The notes under the pieces were generated by a model. That model had not been told where the DNA came from. It made no database searches and saw only the letters and a program-made list of their open reading frames with translations. The position numbers were made by a program, and so were the translations under genes. From a bacterium (GTDB lineage: Bacteria; Zhuqueibacterota; Zhuqueibacteria; Residuimicrobiales; Krinioviventaceae), in the NCBI GenBank assembly GCA_963674595.2, contig CAXXFV010000016.1, positions 576,001 through 640,000 on the forward strand: 64,000 nucleotides of DNA, written 5' to 3'. Positions 49,201 through 57,086 of this stretch are shown one piece after another (position 1 is the stretch's first letter; every line of letters starts with the position of its first letter).

Positions 49201-49384
49201 ACGTATCGAACCATCGTTCTTTATAGATATTCGAAATGTTTTTAACAAGAGGAATATTATTAAATTAGCTGATGATGGTGAAGAATGGTACCATGCAACA
49301 GGTGATCCTGAAGGAAAATATGGTGATCCCGAAGTATGGGGACGTGGAAGATTGACTCGTATTGGTTTGCGTGTAGATTTTTAA
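46229..49384 (+). CDS. TonB-dependent outer-membrane receptor with N-terminal carboxypeptidase-regulatory-like domain and acidic loop repeats
   Basis: GKLSGKVID..GAATDLNGNF; plug RGGR..GGFSAEYGNAQSGVVNVVTK; YVQDK, GLRFDYF, SPRFG, GNPNLNPE; ends in Phe (LRVDF). Confidence 0.93.
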   Translation: MKKMQLYILISSLLLLPALMMAKTTGKLSGKVIDRETNEPLPAVNVVIDGTSMGAATDLNGNFFIINVPAGTYSVRAEMIGYNIYVVNDVRIKVDLTTTVNFKLEATVLDVGETVTVTADRPLIQVDQTGSRSVASSEEMERRSVDSFQDVIETTAGIVVDDNNRMHMRGGRAREISFLMDNSTNILNPMTGDFDTDIPELAIEEASVSTGGFSAEYGNAQSGVVNVVTKDGGPVFQGTVRYSTSALGGWGSSLSHDEVEENRHNPEIALGGPVPFTKALKIPGNLRYFLSGWYESTDGRFVNEHSEGSTIQGKLTYKMTPSHTLRIKGLYRDRDRDYFDNLWKQTTYEDLNENYKPYGDKNNDGIDDNTAFINDPLTGVWYGNGILDTEDRNGNNFLDPGEDLNDNGVLDREDLNNNHSLDSFNMLDHKSDISEESNQIAITWTHQLSPKTFYELHIDRYFTSYFMNAKEYINEDYDGDGKLDLVSENVDLNGDGAIDPDEWLDFDGDGYFDKVAEDINGNGIIDPYGTDLLTDWDSDGYIDASQKAYPNDPSKWKTTGNFGFKGEKSADGFYTYGSGLTWDRRYWYLDESTSYGVKFDLESQVNNNHNIRSGLDLKYREIFRYDATDRYGYGERFKVYPNSGAFYVQDKMEFQGMILNAGLRFDYFNANWVDYPNNLNDPTWDEKDSGYEDANSNGLLDDGEDLNDNGVLDQAWDAEKYSGANSPKLGDIKDPIKIDFKSYFSPRFGIAFPITERDVLNFSYGQYFQEPLGQLLFMNLEFDLGGGFPLIGNPNLNPERTTMYEFILKHQISNSQRLTVTAFYKDISDLTDTRPVYWTSRDWYGFYYNADYGNVRGMEFDFVQRPFLARFLYVSGSANYTYQVAKNKASETSKGYLTEWSGNVLPTVESYVSWDQRHTVNLNLDLIVPKDQDLFGLPVLNDVGVNIQYYYGSGTRWTPPKGQDKAALDNTATLPSRQTVDLRLSKRFHMGRIEPSFFIDIRNVFNKRNIIKLADDGEEWYHATGDPEGKYGDPEVWGRGRLTRIGLRVDF

Positions 49385-49437
49385 TTAAATGGCATTAAAA
49401 TTTTGATATTTAAAATACAATTGTAATGGAGGTCACT

Positions 49438-51732
49438 TTGGCTAAGCGGACAATATTAGGATGTATCTTGACACTGATAATGATGCTTTTCATTACTTCA
49501 GTAGAAGCCAAAATTCATCCTGACATGAAGAACAAAAGGAAACAACGCTTATACAAAACATCTGCGCGTCCTGATTTGGAATTTAAGGCTCATAATATTG
49601 GTACAATGTGGAATGTAGTGACGAACTATGGTAGTTTTGGTGATCCTAATTTTGATACAACAGGACGTCCGTCAGCCGAATGGCCTGGCGGAACCCGTAA
49701 CAGCTTTTTATACGATGCTGCTATTTGGGTGTCTACACTTGTTAATGGTGAAAAATTGTGTTCCAGTTATTTTTACAGTTTTGAAGAATGGGAACCTTCT
49801 GAAGGCACTCAATTTTTGATGGGAAATGAAGAAGTGGCCTCTGTAATCAATCCGGTCTCTATCCATGACAGCTATTGTGTGTTTGATGACTTGGAATCCA
49901 AGGCAGATCATACTGCCCTGGGAATTCGTGTTATAGAGCATGGATTGAGCTGGAGTATGCCTGAGTATGATGATTTTCTCATTTATGAATTTCAGGTTAT
50001 CAATACAGGCTTGAATGGTTTTCTGAGAGAGGTTTATATCGGATGGTGGTACGATGTGGATGTAGCCTCAATTGATGTTAGCGATAAACATATTGATGAT
50101 TTGGTTGATTATGACGGTTGGGATGGAACAGATACAAAAACAGATGAAATTGATTTAGTTGATCCCCTTGATTTGGATGGTGATGGTGAAACCGGTTATG
50201 ACGATTATGGTATTCCTTATGGATCGCAAATGGGTGGTTTTAATCCCGAATATGACGAAACCTTGGTAGAAGGTGATGGAGTCTATGATGAATACTCTTT
50301 GATCGAAGATGAAAGAGGCGTTGCCATAATGGCCGATGTTGCTGTTACGATTGGAGATTATGAAATATCTGCCGGCGACACACTTCGAAGGGCAGACGGA
50401 ACCCCGGTTATTGGCTGGAAGTTTCCGCGTGGAATGTCCTATATTTATGACGCTGATAATCCATCTTCATCAGAGAATGATTTTGGTGAACGGAATTTAA
50501 AACCGGATTGTGCCGGTTTTATGGCTGGACGTGTTCTTTATTCTGATCCTACATCTGTAGATTATTATTATGAAAATCCTGACAGTTTACGTTCCCGAAT
50601 TTGTCGTCCTTTTTCTCATCAATGGTGGAATTGGGAAAGTGATCCTGGTAACAACATTGAGCAATATGATTATATGAAAGGTCAGCACGAATTTAGCAAG
50701 GGATACAAATTTTTACCCAATCCACTCGATTTAAATGCTCCTACTTTTGATTATCGTTTTTTAACAACAATCGGACCTTACGATTTAGCCCCGGACGATA
50801 CTATCAAAGTTGTATGGGCAGAACTTGTCGGACAGGGTTTACAGGGAATGCGTGAAAATTCTGATAATGCAATAAAAGCTTATTATGCCGGAAGTGTAAA
50901 AAGCAGCCCATTGAACCCTTCAGCGCCAAATGGAGATGTTCATTATTTGTTACCTGCACCTCCTGCAACACCTAATTTGCGGTATAGTCCTGATGATCGT
51001 TCCGTAACCTTGGTTTGGGATGATATTTCTGAAATAACCCCTGATACAAAGACAAAAGAGATTGATTTTGTCGGATATAAAATTTACCGTGCAAAATACT
51101 CTCCCAGCAACTGGACGATGATCGCTGCTTTTGACAATATTCCTAATACCGTTGTCAACGTTCTGAATACAGAACGTGATTCAATTGGAACTGCCGATTT
51201 ACCTGATATAACTCACGAGTTTGTTGATGTTGGTGGGGTTACCCCTTGGGGAACCTCTGTTGAATCTCCTATTAACGGTATTCCCTACTATTATGCTGTT
51301 GTTGCATATGATAGTGGTGATCCTGAGATTGGATTACCCCCGTCAGAAAGTGGAAAAACGAATTATAGTAAAACAGAAAGTGGTGCTCCTGTTGCTGTAA
51401 TTCCAAAGGCTATGTATGAAACAGAAGTAACTAATTTTGACATGTCTAATATTAAAGTTGTTCCAAATCCATATAAAGCTACTGATGTCTTTGAAGATAT
51501 CTATGAAAGTGCCATATTATTTACAAATTTACCTCCAGTCGCAAAAATTACTATTTTTACACTGACAGGGGACCATATTGTTACATTGGACCATACTGAC
51601 GGTTCAAGTATTGAAAAATGGGACCTTATATCCAGAAATACACAATCTATTGTGAGCGGTTTGTATGTTTATGTCGTCGAAACAGATGATGATAAATTTA
51701 TTGGAAAATTTGTTGTAATTATGGGCTCATGA
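49438..51732 (+). CDS. Secreted TBDR-associated protein with FN3 domain and variant (VPNPY) T9SS-like C-terminal domain
   Basis: Signal peptide; EWPGG; GPYDLAPDDT; DFVGYKIYR..NGIPYYYAVVAYD; IKVVPNPY..FTNLP..WDL..SGLY..GKFVVI; TTG start after GGAGG (ORF track starts 49426). Confidence 0.8.
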   Translation: MAKRTILGCILTLIMMLFITSVEAKIHPDMKNKRKQRLYKTSARPDLEFKAHNIGTMWNVVTNYGSFGDPNFDTTGRPSAEWPGGTRNSFLYDAAIWVSTLVNGEKLCSSYFYSFEEWEPSEGTQFLMGNEEVASVINPVSIHDSYCVFDDLESKADHTALGIRVIEHGLSWSMPEYDDFLIYEFQVINTGLNGFLREVYIGWWYDVDVASIDVSDKHIDDLVDYDGWDGTDTKTDEIDLVDPLDLDGDGETGYDDYGIPYGSQMGGFNPEYDETLVEGDGVYDEYSLIEDERGVAIMADVAVTIGDYEISAGDTLRRADGTPVIGWKFPRGMSYIYDADNPSSSENDFGERNLKPDCAGFMAGRVLYSDPTSVDYYYENPDSLRSRICRPFSHQWWNWESDPGNNIEQYDYMKGQHEFSKGYKFLPNPLDLNAPTFDYRFLTTIGPYDLAPDDTIKVVWAELVGQGLQGMRENSDNAIKAYYAGSVKSSPLNPSAPNGDVHYLLPAPPATPNLRYSPDDRSVTLVWDDISEITPDTKTKEIDFVGYKIYRAKYSPSNWTMIAAFDNIPNTVVNVLNTERDSIGTADLPDITHEFVDVGGVTPWGTSVESPINGIPYYYAVVAYDSGDPEIGLPPSESGKTNYSKTESGAPVAVIPKAMYETEVTNFDMSNIKVVPNPYKATDVFEDIYESAILFTNLPPVAKITIFTLTGDHIVTLDHTDGSSIEKWDLISRNTQSIVSGLYVYVVETDDDKFIGKFVVIMGS

Positions 51733-51784
51733 TTTTTATAAACCTGGAATAATATTAGTGAATATAATCGAGAGGTTTGAAATA

Positions 51785-52816
51785 ATGAAAAGAGTTTTAT
51801 TAATCGTCATAGGTATCGTTGCTATAGCAGGATGGTTATCTCGTGCTGATGCGCAACAATTTGCAAAAGTTGGTACAGCAGGTGCCCAATTTTTAAAGAT
51901 TGGGGCTGGTGCCAGATTTACAGGAATGGGCGGAGCATGTGTTGCCGTTACAAATGACGCTTCTGCTGTATTTTGGAATCCTAGTGGTATTACCGGTGTG
52001 AAAAATATGAGTATTTTTACATCTCATATTGAGTGGTTTGCTGATATAAAGTATGAAGCTATTACTATAGCAAAGACATTTCCAACTTTGGGTACTTTTG
52101 CCCTCTCCGGTACTTATCTGACTTCCGGTGATATTGAAATTACTACTTTTGAACAACAGGATGGGACCGGAGAAACATATTCCAAGAATGATATGATGAT
52201 CGGTTTGTCTTTTGCGCGTTTTTTAACTGACAAATTTACCTTTGGCGGTACTGTCAAGTATGTCAGGGAAGATTATGGTACTGTTAATAGTATAACAGGT
52301 GATGATGAAGTTGCCGGCACTATGGCTTTTGATATTGGTTCTATATATTCTACAGGATTTAAATCTTTAAGACTTGGTATTTCCATTTTTAATTTTGGCC
52401 CTGAACTGAGTATCCCCGGGCAATATGAAGATATTACAAATTTTGACTCTGATGCTCAGGAATATGTCCGTGAACCTGCTGCCGATTATCGTCCTTATCA
52501 CATGCCATTGCAGTTTAGAGCTGGTTTAGCAATGGAAGTATATGAAACAGAATTAAATACATTAACACTTGCTGCCGACCTGGTACATCCTAATGATAAT
52601 GTTGAGCAGGTTAATTTAGGTGGTGAATATTGGTTTAAAAATATGTTTGCCTTACGCGGTGGCTATATCGGAAATCATGATGCCGCTCGATTTTCATTTG
52701 GTGGCAGCCTCAAATTTAATGTCAACCAAATGGGTGCTGCTTCGTTGGACTATAGTTACACAGATTTTGGCATTTTGGAAATGGTTCACCAAATGTCTCT
52801 TGTTTTAAATTTTTAG
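51785..52816 (+). CDS. PorV/PorQ-family (FadL-like) outer-membrane beta-barrel
   Basis: FLKIGAGARFTGMGG..NDASAVFWNPSG signature; GGEYW..LRGGY; C-terminal Phe. Confidence 0.88.
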   Translation: MKRVLLIVIGIVAIAGWLSRADAQQFAKVGTAGAQFLKIGAGARFTGMGGACVAVTNDASAVFWNPSGITGVKNMSIFTSHIEWFADIKYEAITIAKTFPTLGTFALSGTYLTSGDIEITTFEQQDGTGETYSKNDMMIGLSFARFLTDKFTFGGTVKYVREDYGTVNSITGDDEVAGTMAFDIGSIYSTGFKSLRLGISIFNFGPELSIPGQYEDITNFDSDAQEYVREPAADYRPYHMPLQFRAGLAMEVYETELNTLTLAADLVHPNDNVEQVNLGGEYWFKNMFALRGGYIGNHDAARFSFGGSLKFNVNQMGAASLDYSYTDFGILEMVHQMSLVLNF

Positions 52817-52903
52817 AATGTGATCTTTGCGAATCCTTTTATATTAAATCGAGGCACGTTGTGTTTGCGTTTGATCTAAAGCTTATCTGTTCTGGAGGAT
52901 TTT

Positions 52904-55900
52904 ATGTTTAAAAAGGTGGTGTTAACAATTTTGGCTTCACTCTGTTTTGTATATGTGTCAGTGGCACAACAAATTGGTGATACTAAATTTTTATGGACAC
53001 ACAATTTTCAGTTTTTTCAATATGAATATAAAATTGGTGCAACCCTACAAGAAACCGGTAGTCATTGTGATATCTGGGTAGAAAATCCAAATATAACAGC
53101 AATTACCATTGATTATGCAAATAGCTATATTTATGTAGGAACTTTTAATACAGGTATTTTTCGGAGAAATTTGAATTCTACCGAATGGGAAAAATTTTCT
53201 GCCGGTATCCCTGCCAGCTTAAGAGTGCCTGGAACGACATCAACAATTCATGATATGATTATGACCGATGATAATACCGTTCTAGCTGCTGCTGATGAAG
53301 GATTATATTATTTGGTTACAGGTACGGATCGTTGGAGAAGAGCTGATATAACCACTCCTGTCTTTTCGCTGTGTAAAACAGAGAATGGCATTTTTGCCGG
53401 TTTGGGTGGATATACTTTTAAACAAACCGGTGACGATGATGATGAAGATGGTGATGTTGACATTGATATGGGAGCATTTTTCAGTAGCGATAATGGTCGC
53501 ACCTGGCAAGAAAAAAACTATGGTTTCCCTGTTGACAATGATAATGAACATTTGGCCATACGTGATATAGCATATTCTAATGGTGTTTTGTATGCATCAA
53601 CTGATGCCGGAATGTTTATATCAAATAATAACGGAAATCATTGGGAAGGCATTGAACGGGAAATTTCACTTTCCAAAGCAAATGTTAAAGTAAAAATAAC
53701 TGATTCTTCGCTTGATGAAGACCAAATGGCAAACTTGGGGAAATCATTCGGCGCTGGTTGGGAAAAAATGATTGCCGCTGAAGGTATCAGTAAAGAAGAC
53801 TCTATCGTTGTCGTTGAGTATGATTCACTTGGTAATTTCGTGAGAAAATGGCTTTGCCCTGCTGCTGATATTCTTACTACAGATACACGTTATCAGGTCC
53901 GTAATATGGAAGGTATTGTTGGTGATGAAGGAAAATTTACTGCAAAATTAAATCCATATACAATATCTGGTGGTGATGGTTCTTTATCTAACTATTCAAT
54001 ACTGGATGTCAATAATTTTAAATACCGTGGTGAAAGCGGATATGCTACAGTTGTTGACCCACAGAACCAATTGTTGCTGCTTGTATCCTATCCTGAAAAT
54101 CCAAGTTATGAAGTTGGTGGACGATTTATTACAGTTACCTATGTTAATGATGGGGATACTTTGGTATGGGTAGAACAATCATCGACATTACGTGGTATCA
54201 ATAAAGATAAAAAAGGTATTATTATCAGCAATGATAATTTAGTCAAGGGCAATCCAGTTGATAATTATGATTTGTTAAATGAAGCTGACATTATTGCTCA
54301 AATGAAGGCTACAACGGCAAGTGGTCTGTTTTTTACATCAATGGCCGGCAGAGGGCAAATACTTTATGGTGGTAATGAAAATGGTGTATATAAAACAGAA
54401 AACGGCGGTAAGGACTGGGTCCTTTATGGGTCCAGCGTAGAAGGTTTGGAAAATACCGATGTTCAAAGTTTGCTCGTTAATGAAAGCGGTGTTTTGTATG
54501 CTGGTACAATTGATGGTGTTTTTTCCAATCCTGCTGATGGAGCGATTTGGACGCCTGCTACAGAAATTGATGACGAAGCAAATATAAATTGTTTGTTTTT
54601 CGGTAATAATGCATTATACGCAGGAACACAACTGGGTTTGTTTAGTACATCGGATAATGGCTTGACTTGGCAAACTGACAACAGACATTTGACGTCGTTT
54701 ATTGAAAATGATGAGATTGTGCAAATATTAGATGCAATCGAAAATTCTACTCCGGATTTTCCGGACCAGGGTATTTATTCGGTTATAACAAGTAATTTGG
54801 GCGCTGAAAACATTCCAGACAGTGACAATAATTCTAAAGTCAATATTGTTATTCATGATATTCAGGACAAAGGACAAAATTATAACAATACCTCAAATGG
54901 TAAAAATGGTATCACTGCGGTAGCCGGTTATATCCGGCCGGAAGACAAAAGCCCGATCGGAAAATCAAATAAAGGTGAATATGTTTATATAGATTCACAC
55001 GAAGTTACAACAGATGAAAAAGCTGGAGCCGTTGCCCACCAGTTGATAAGAATGATTGTAGTAAACAAGGATTATAACGAAGAAAGATGGGTTGTTGAAG
55101 GTCTTTCTTATATTGGTGACCGACTTTGTGGTTATCCTTTACCCACGGCCATGCCGGATTTTCAAAGTTTAACTGGCGCCAACAAGGTTTTTTCTCTTAT
55201 TAGTGGGACTGCCCTCAGTCCGTGGGAAGTTGACCCTGAAAAAGGTCAGATTGTAAATCGTTTAACGATGGTGTCCATGTTTTTTAATTATTTATATGAA
55301 AATTTTGGAGGTCTGGACCTTTTTAAAAACATTATAAATGAACAGGAAAACGGATGGATTGGCGTTCAAAATGCCATGACTGATGGTGTTAAATTTTCCG
55401 ATATTTATGCCGCATGGGCTATAACAAACTGTATTAATGATGTAAATCAAACAGATCCAACAACCGGGGCTAAATTAGGTTATGAAAATCAGGTTTATTC
55501 AAATGTTTTAAACAGGTACATGGAAGAAAAAATTATTGGGATGAATTCCGGAGCTATCTTTGGACACAACTCTTCCATGAGTGCTTATAAGGAATATAAA
55601 GTAAATTGGGAGTATAAAGATGGATTAAATAACTGGGCCTATTTCATTCGATACTTTTTTCCTGATCCTGCAATAAATGACCCTGCTCAATCTGTTATAA
55701 ACTATTGGGATAAAGATAAGGTTACAGGTGAACCGATAACCTATCGTCTTAACGCTGCTGATGACGCTCAAATCAGGGTTCAGTTAATAAAAGTTAAGGG
55801 AGATGGCAGTAAAGATGTTGAAGATTTAACCCCGACCTTTAATGAAGAAAAAGAATTAGAGTTTAATGTTCTGTCTAAATATGAACCCAATAGTGATAAA

Positions 55901-57022
55901 ACAGAACTTAAATATCACCACATGTTCATTATTATGAGCAATCAGGACTCATTGGGAAAAGCTGCAAAACTTATTCAAGTTAAAGACGTTGCTGCCCCTG
56001 AAGTAAATTACAATATCGTTCATAATCCCATGTACCCTGAATTTATTGATTTTTATGTCTCTACTAATGAACGTATTTTTAAAGATGTTAATGTGTTTGA
56101 AAAACCAACAACAGATGTTATCTTTTTTACCGATACAACCACTATAGATATGGAACTTTTTGATGTTGCAAAGGATGCTAACAACCAGCCTGTGACTTAT
56201 ATTTATAATGGTCGTTACCATATAGAACAAAGTGCAAATTTGACCATGCGAATACGAAAGTTACAGGATTTAGGCGGAAATGACGCTAGTATGATTTCAT
56301 TTCCATTAACCATTGAAGAAGTAACTTCTGCAAGTAAAAAATCGCTTGCCAGCGCGGATAAAAACATTTTTGTCGAAATACCTCAGGGTGCTGTTACTAA
56401 AAAAGTACCTGTAACACTGTCTGCTGTTTCAGCTCAATTTGATGCTGCTGAAGAAAAAATCGATCCTGATTTATTTGTAGGTAAAACCTATCAGATTGGG
56501 CCGCAAGCACTAAATTTGGAAAAAAATGCCATATTAACATTTAAGTATGATGATACGGATTTGAATGAGATTGAAGAAGAAGATTTGGGACTTTACCAAA
56601 AAGAGGGCAAAGAGTGGATAAGAGTTAAAGCTTTTCAAGATACGAAGGAAAATTGTTTTAAAGCATCCATCAGCCAGCTTGGTGTATTTAGTATTATGAA
56701 GAACAGCGTTGGAGCTGATACGGAATTGGATAATTTACTGCCAACGACCTTTGCTTTATCTCAAAATTATCCGAATCCATTTAATCCGACAACAGAAATT
56801 CAATACCAGGTCCCTGAAAAAAATCATGTTAGCATTAAAGTTTTTAACATAAGTGGTCAATTGGTAAAAACTTTGGTTAACACAGCAAAAGATGCCGGAA
56901 GTTTTACGGTCAAATGGGACGGACGAGATCAAGCAGGTTTTCAACTGCCAAGTGGTGTATACATGTATGAAATGAAAGCGGGTAGCTTTATTCAAAATAA
57001 AAAAATGTTGCTCATAAAATAA
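52904..57022 (+). CDS. Large secreted metalloprotease-like protein (degenerate zinc motif) with inserted beta-propeller, ZU5-like domain and T9SS-like/FlgD CTD
   Basis: Signal peptide; HCDIWVE..VAGY..SNKGEYVYID..AHQLIR..EERWVVEGLS; Asp-boxes; IPQGAV..YQIGP; LSQNYPNPFNP..WDGRD..SGVY. Confidence 0.8.
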   Translation: MFKKVVLTILASLCFVYVSVAQQIGDTKFLWTHNFQFFQYEYKIGATLQETGSHCDIWVENPNITAITIDYANSYIYVGTFNTGIFRRNLNSTEWEKFSAGIPASLRVPGTTSTIHDMIMTDDNTVLAAADEGLYYLVTGTDRWRRADITTPVFSLCKTENGIFAGLGGYTFKQTGDDDDEDGDVDIDMGAFFSSDNGRTWQEKNYGFPVDNDNEHLAIRDIAYSNGVLYASTDAGMFISNNNGNHWEGIEREISLSKANVKVKITDSSLDEDQMANLGKSFGAGWEKMIAAEGISKEDSIVVVEYDSLGNFVRKWLCPAADILTTDTRYQVRNMEGIVGDEGKFTAKLNPYTISGGDGSLSNYSILDVNNFKYRGESGYATVVDPQNQLLLLVSYPENPSYEVGGRFITVTYVNDGDTLVWVEQSSTLRGINKDKKGIIISNDNLVKGNPVDNYDLLNEADIIAQMKATTASGLFFTSMAGRGQILYGGNENGVYKTENGGKDWVLYGSSVEGLENTDVQSLLVNESGVLYAGTIDGVFSNPADGAIWTPATEIDDEANINCLFFGNNALYAGTQLGLFSTSDNGLTWQTDNRHLTSFIENDEIVQILDAIENSTPDFPDQGIYSVITSNLGAENIPDSDNNSKVNIVIHDIQDKGQNYNNTSNGKNGITAVAGYIRPEDKSPIGKSNKGEYVYIDSHEVTTDEKAGAVAHQLIRMIVVNKDYNEERWVVEGLSYIGDRLCGYPLPTAMPDFQSLTGANKVFSLISGTALSPWEVDPEKGQIVNRLTMVSMFFNYLYENFGGLDLFKNIINEQENGWIGVQNAMTDGVKFSDIYAAWAITNCINDVNQTDPTTGAKLGYENQVYSNVLNRYMEEKIIGMNSGAIFGHNSSMSAYKEYKVNWEYKDGLNNWAYFIRYFFPDPAINDPAQSVINYWDKDKVTGEPITYRLNAADDAQIRVQLIKVKGDGSKDVEDLTPTFNEEKELEFNVLSKYEPNSDKTELKYHHMFIIMSNQDSLGKAAKLIQVKDVAAPEVNYNIVHNPMYPEFIDFYVSTNERIFKDVNVFEKPTTDVIFFTDTTTIDMELFDVAKDANNQPVTYIYNGRYHIEQSANLTMRIRKLQDLGGNDASMISFPLTIEEVTSASKKSLASADKNIFVEIPQGAVTKKVPVTLSAVSAQFDAAEEKIDPDLFVGKTYQIGPQALNLEKNAILTFKYDDTDLNEIEEEDLGLYQKEGKEWIRVKAFQDTKENCFKASISQLGVFSIMKNSVGADTELDNLLPTTFALSQNYPNPFNPTTEIQYQVPEKNHVSIKVFNISGQLVKTLVNTAKDAGSFTVKWDGRDQAGFQLPSGVYMYEMKAGSFIQNKKMLLIK

Positions 57023-57086
57023 GTGTGGTATTATAATGAAAAAAACAGATTTTGGCAGGAACGCTTTTTATATAAAGGAGGCTTTA

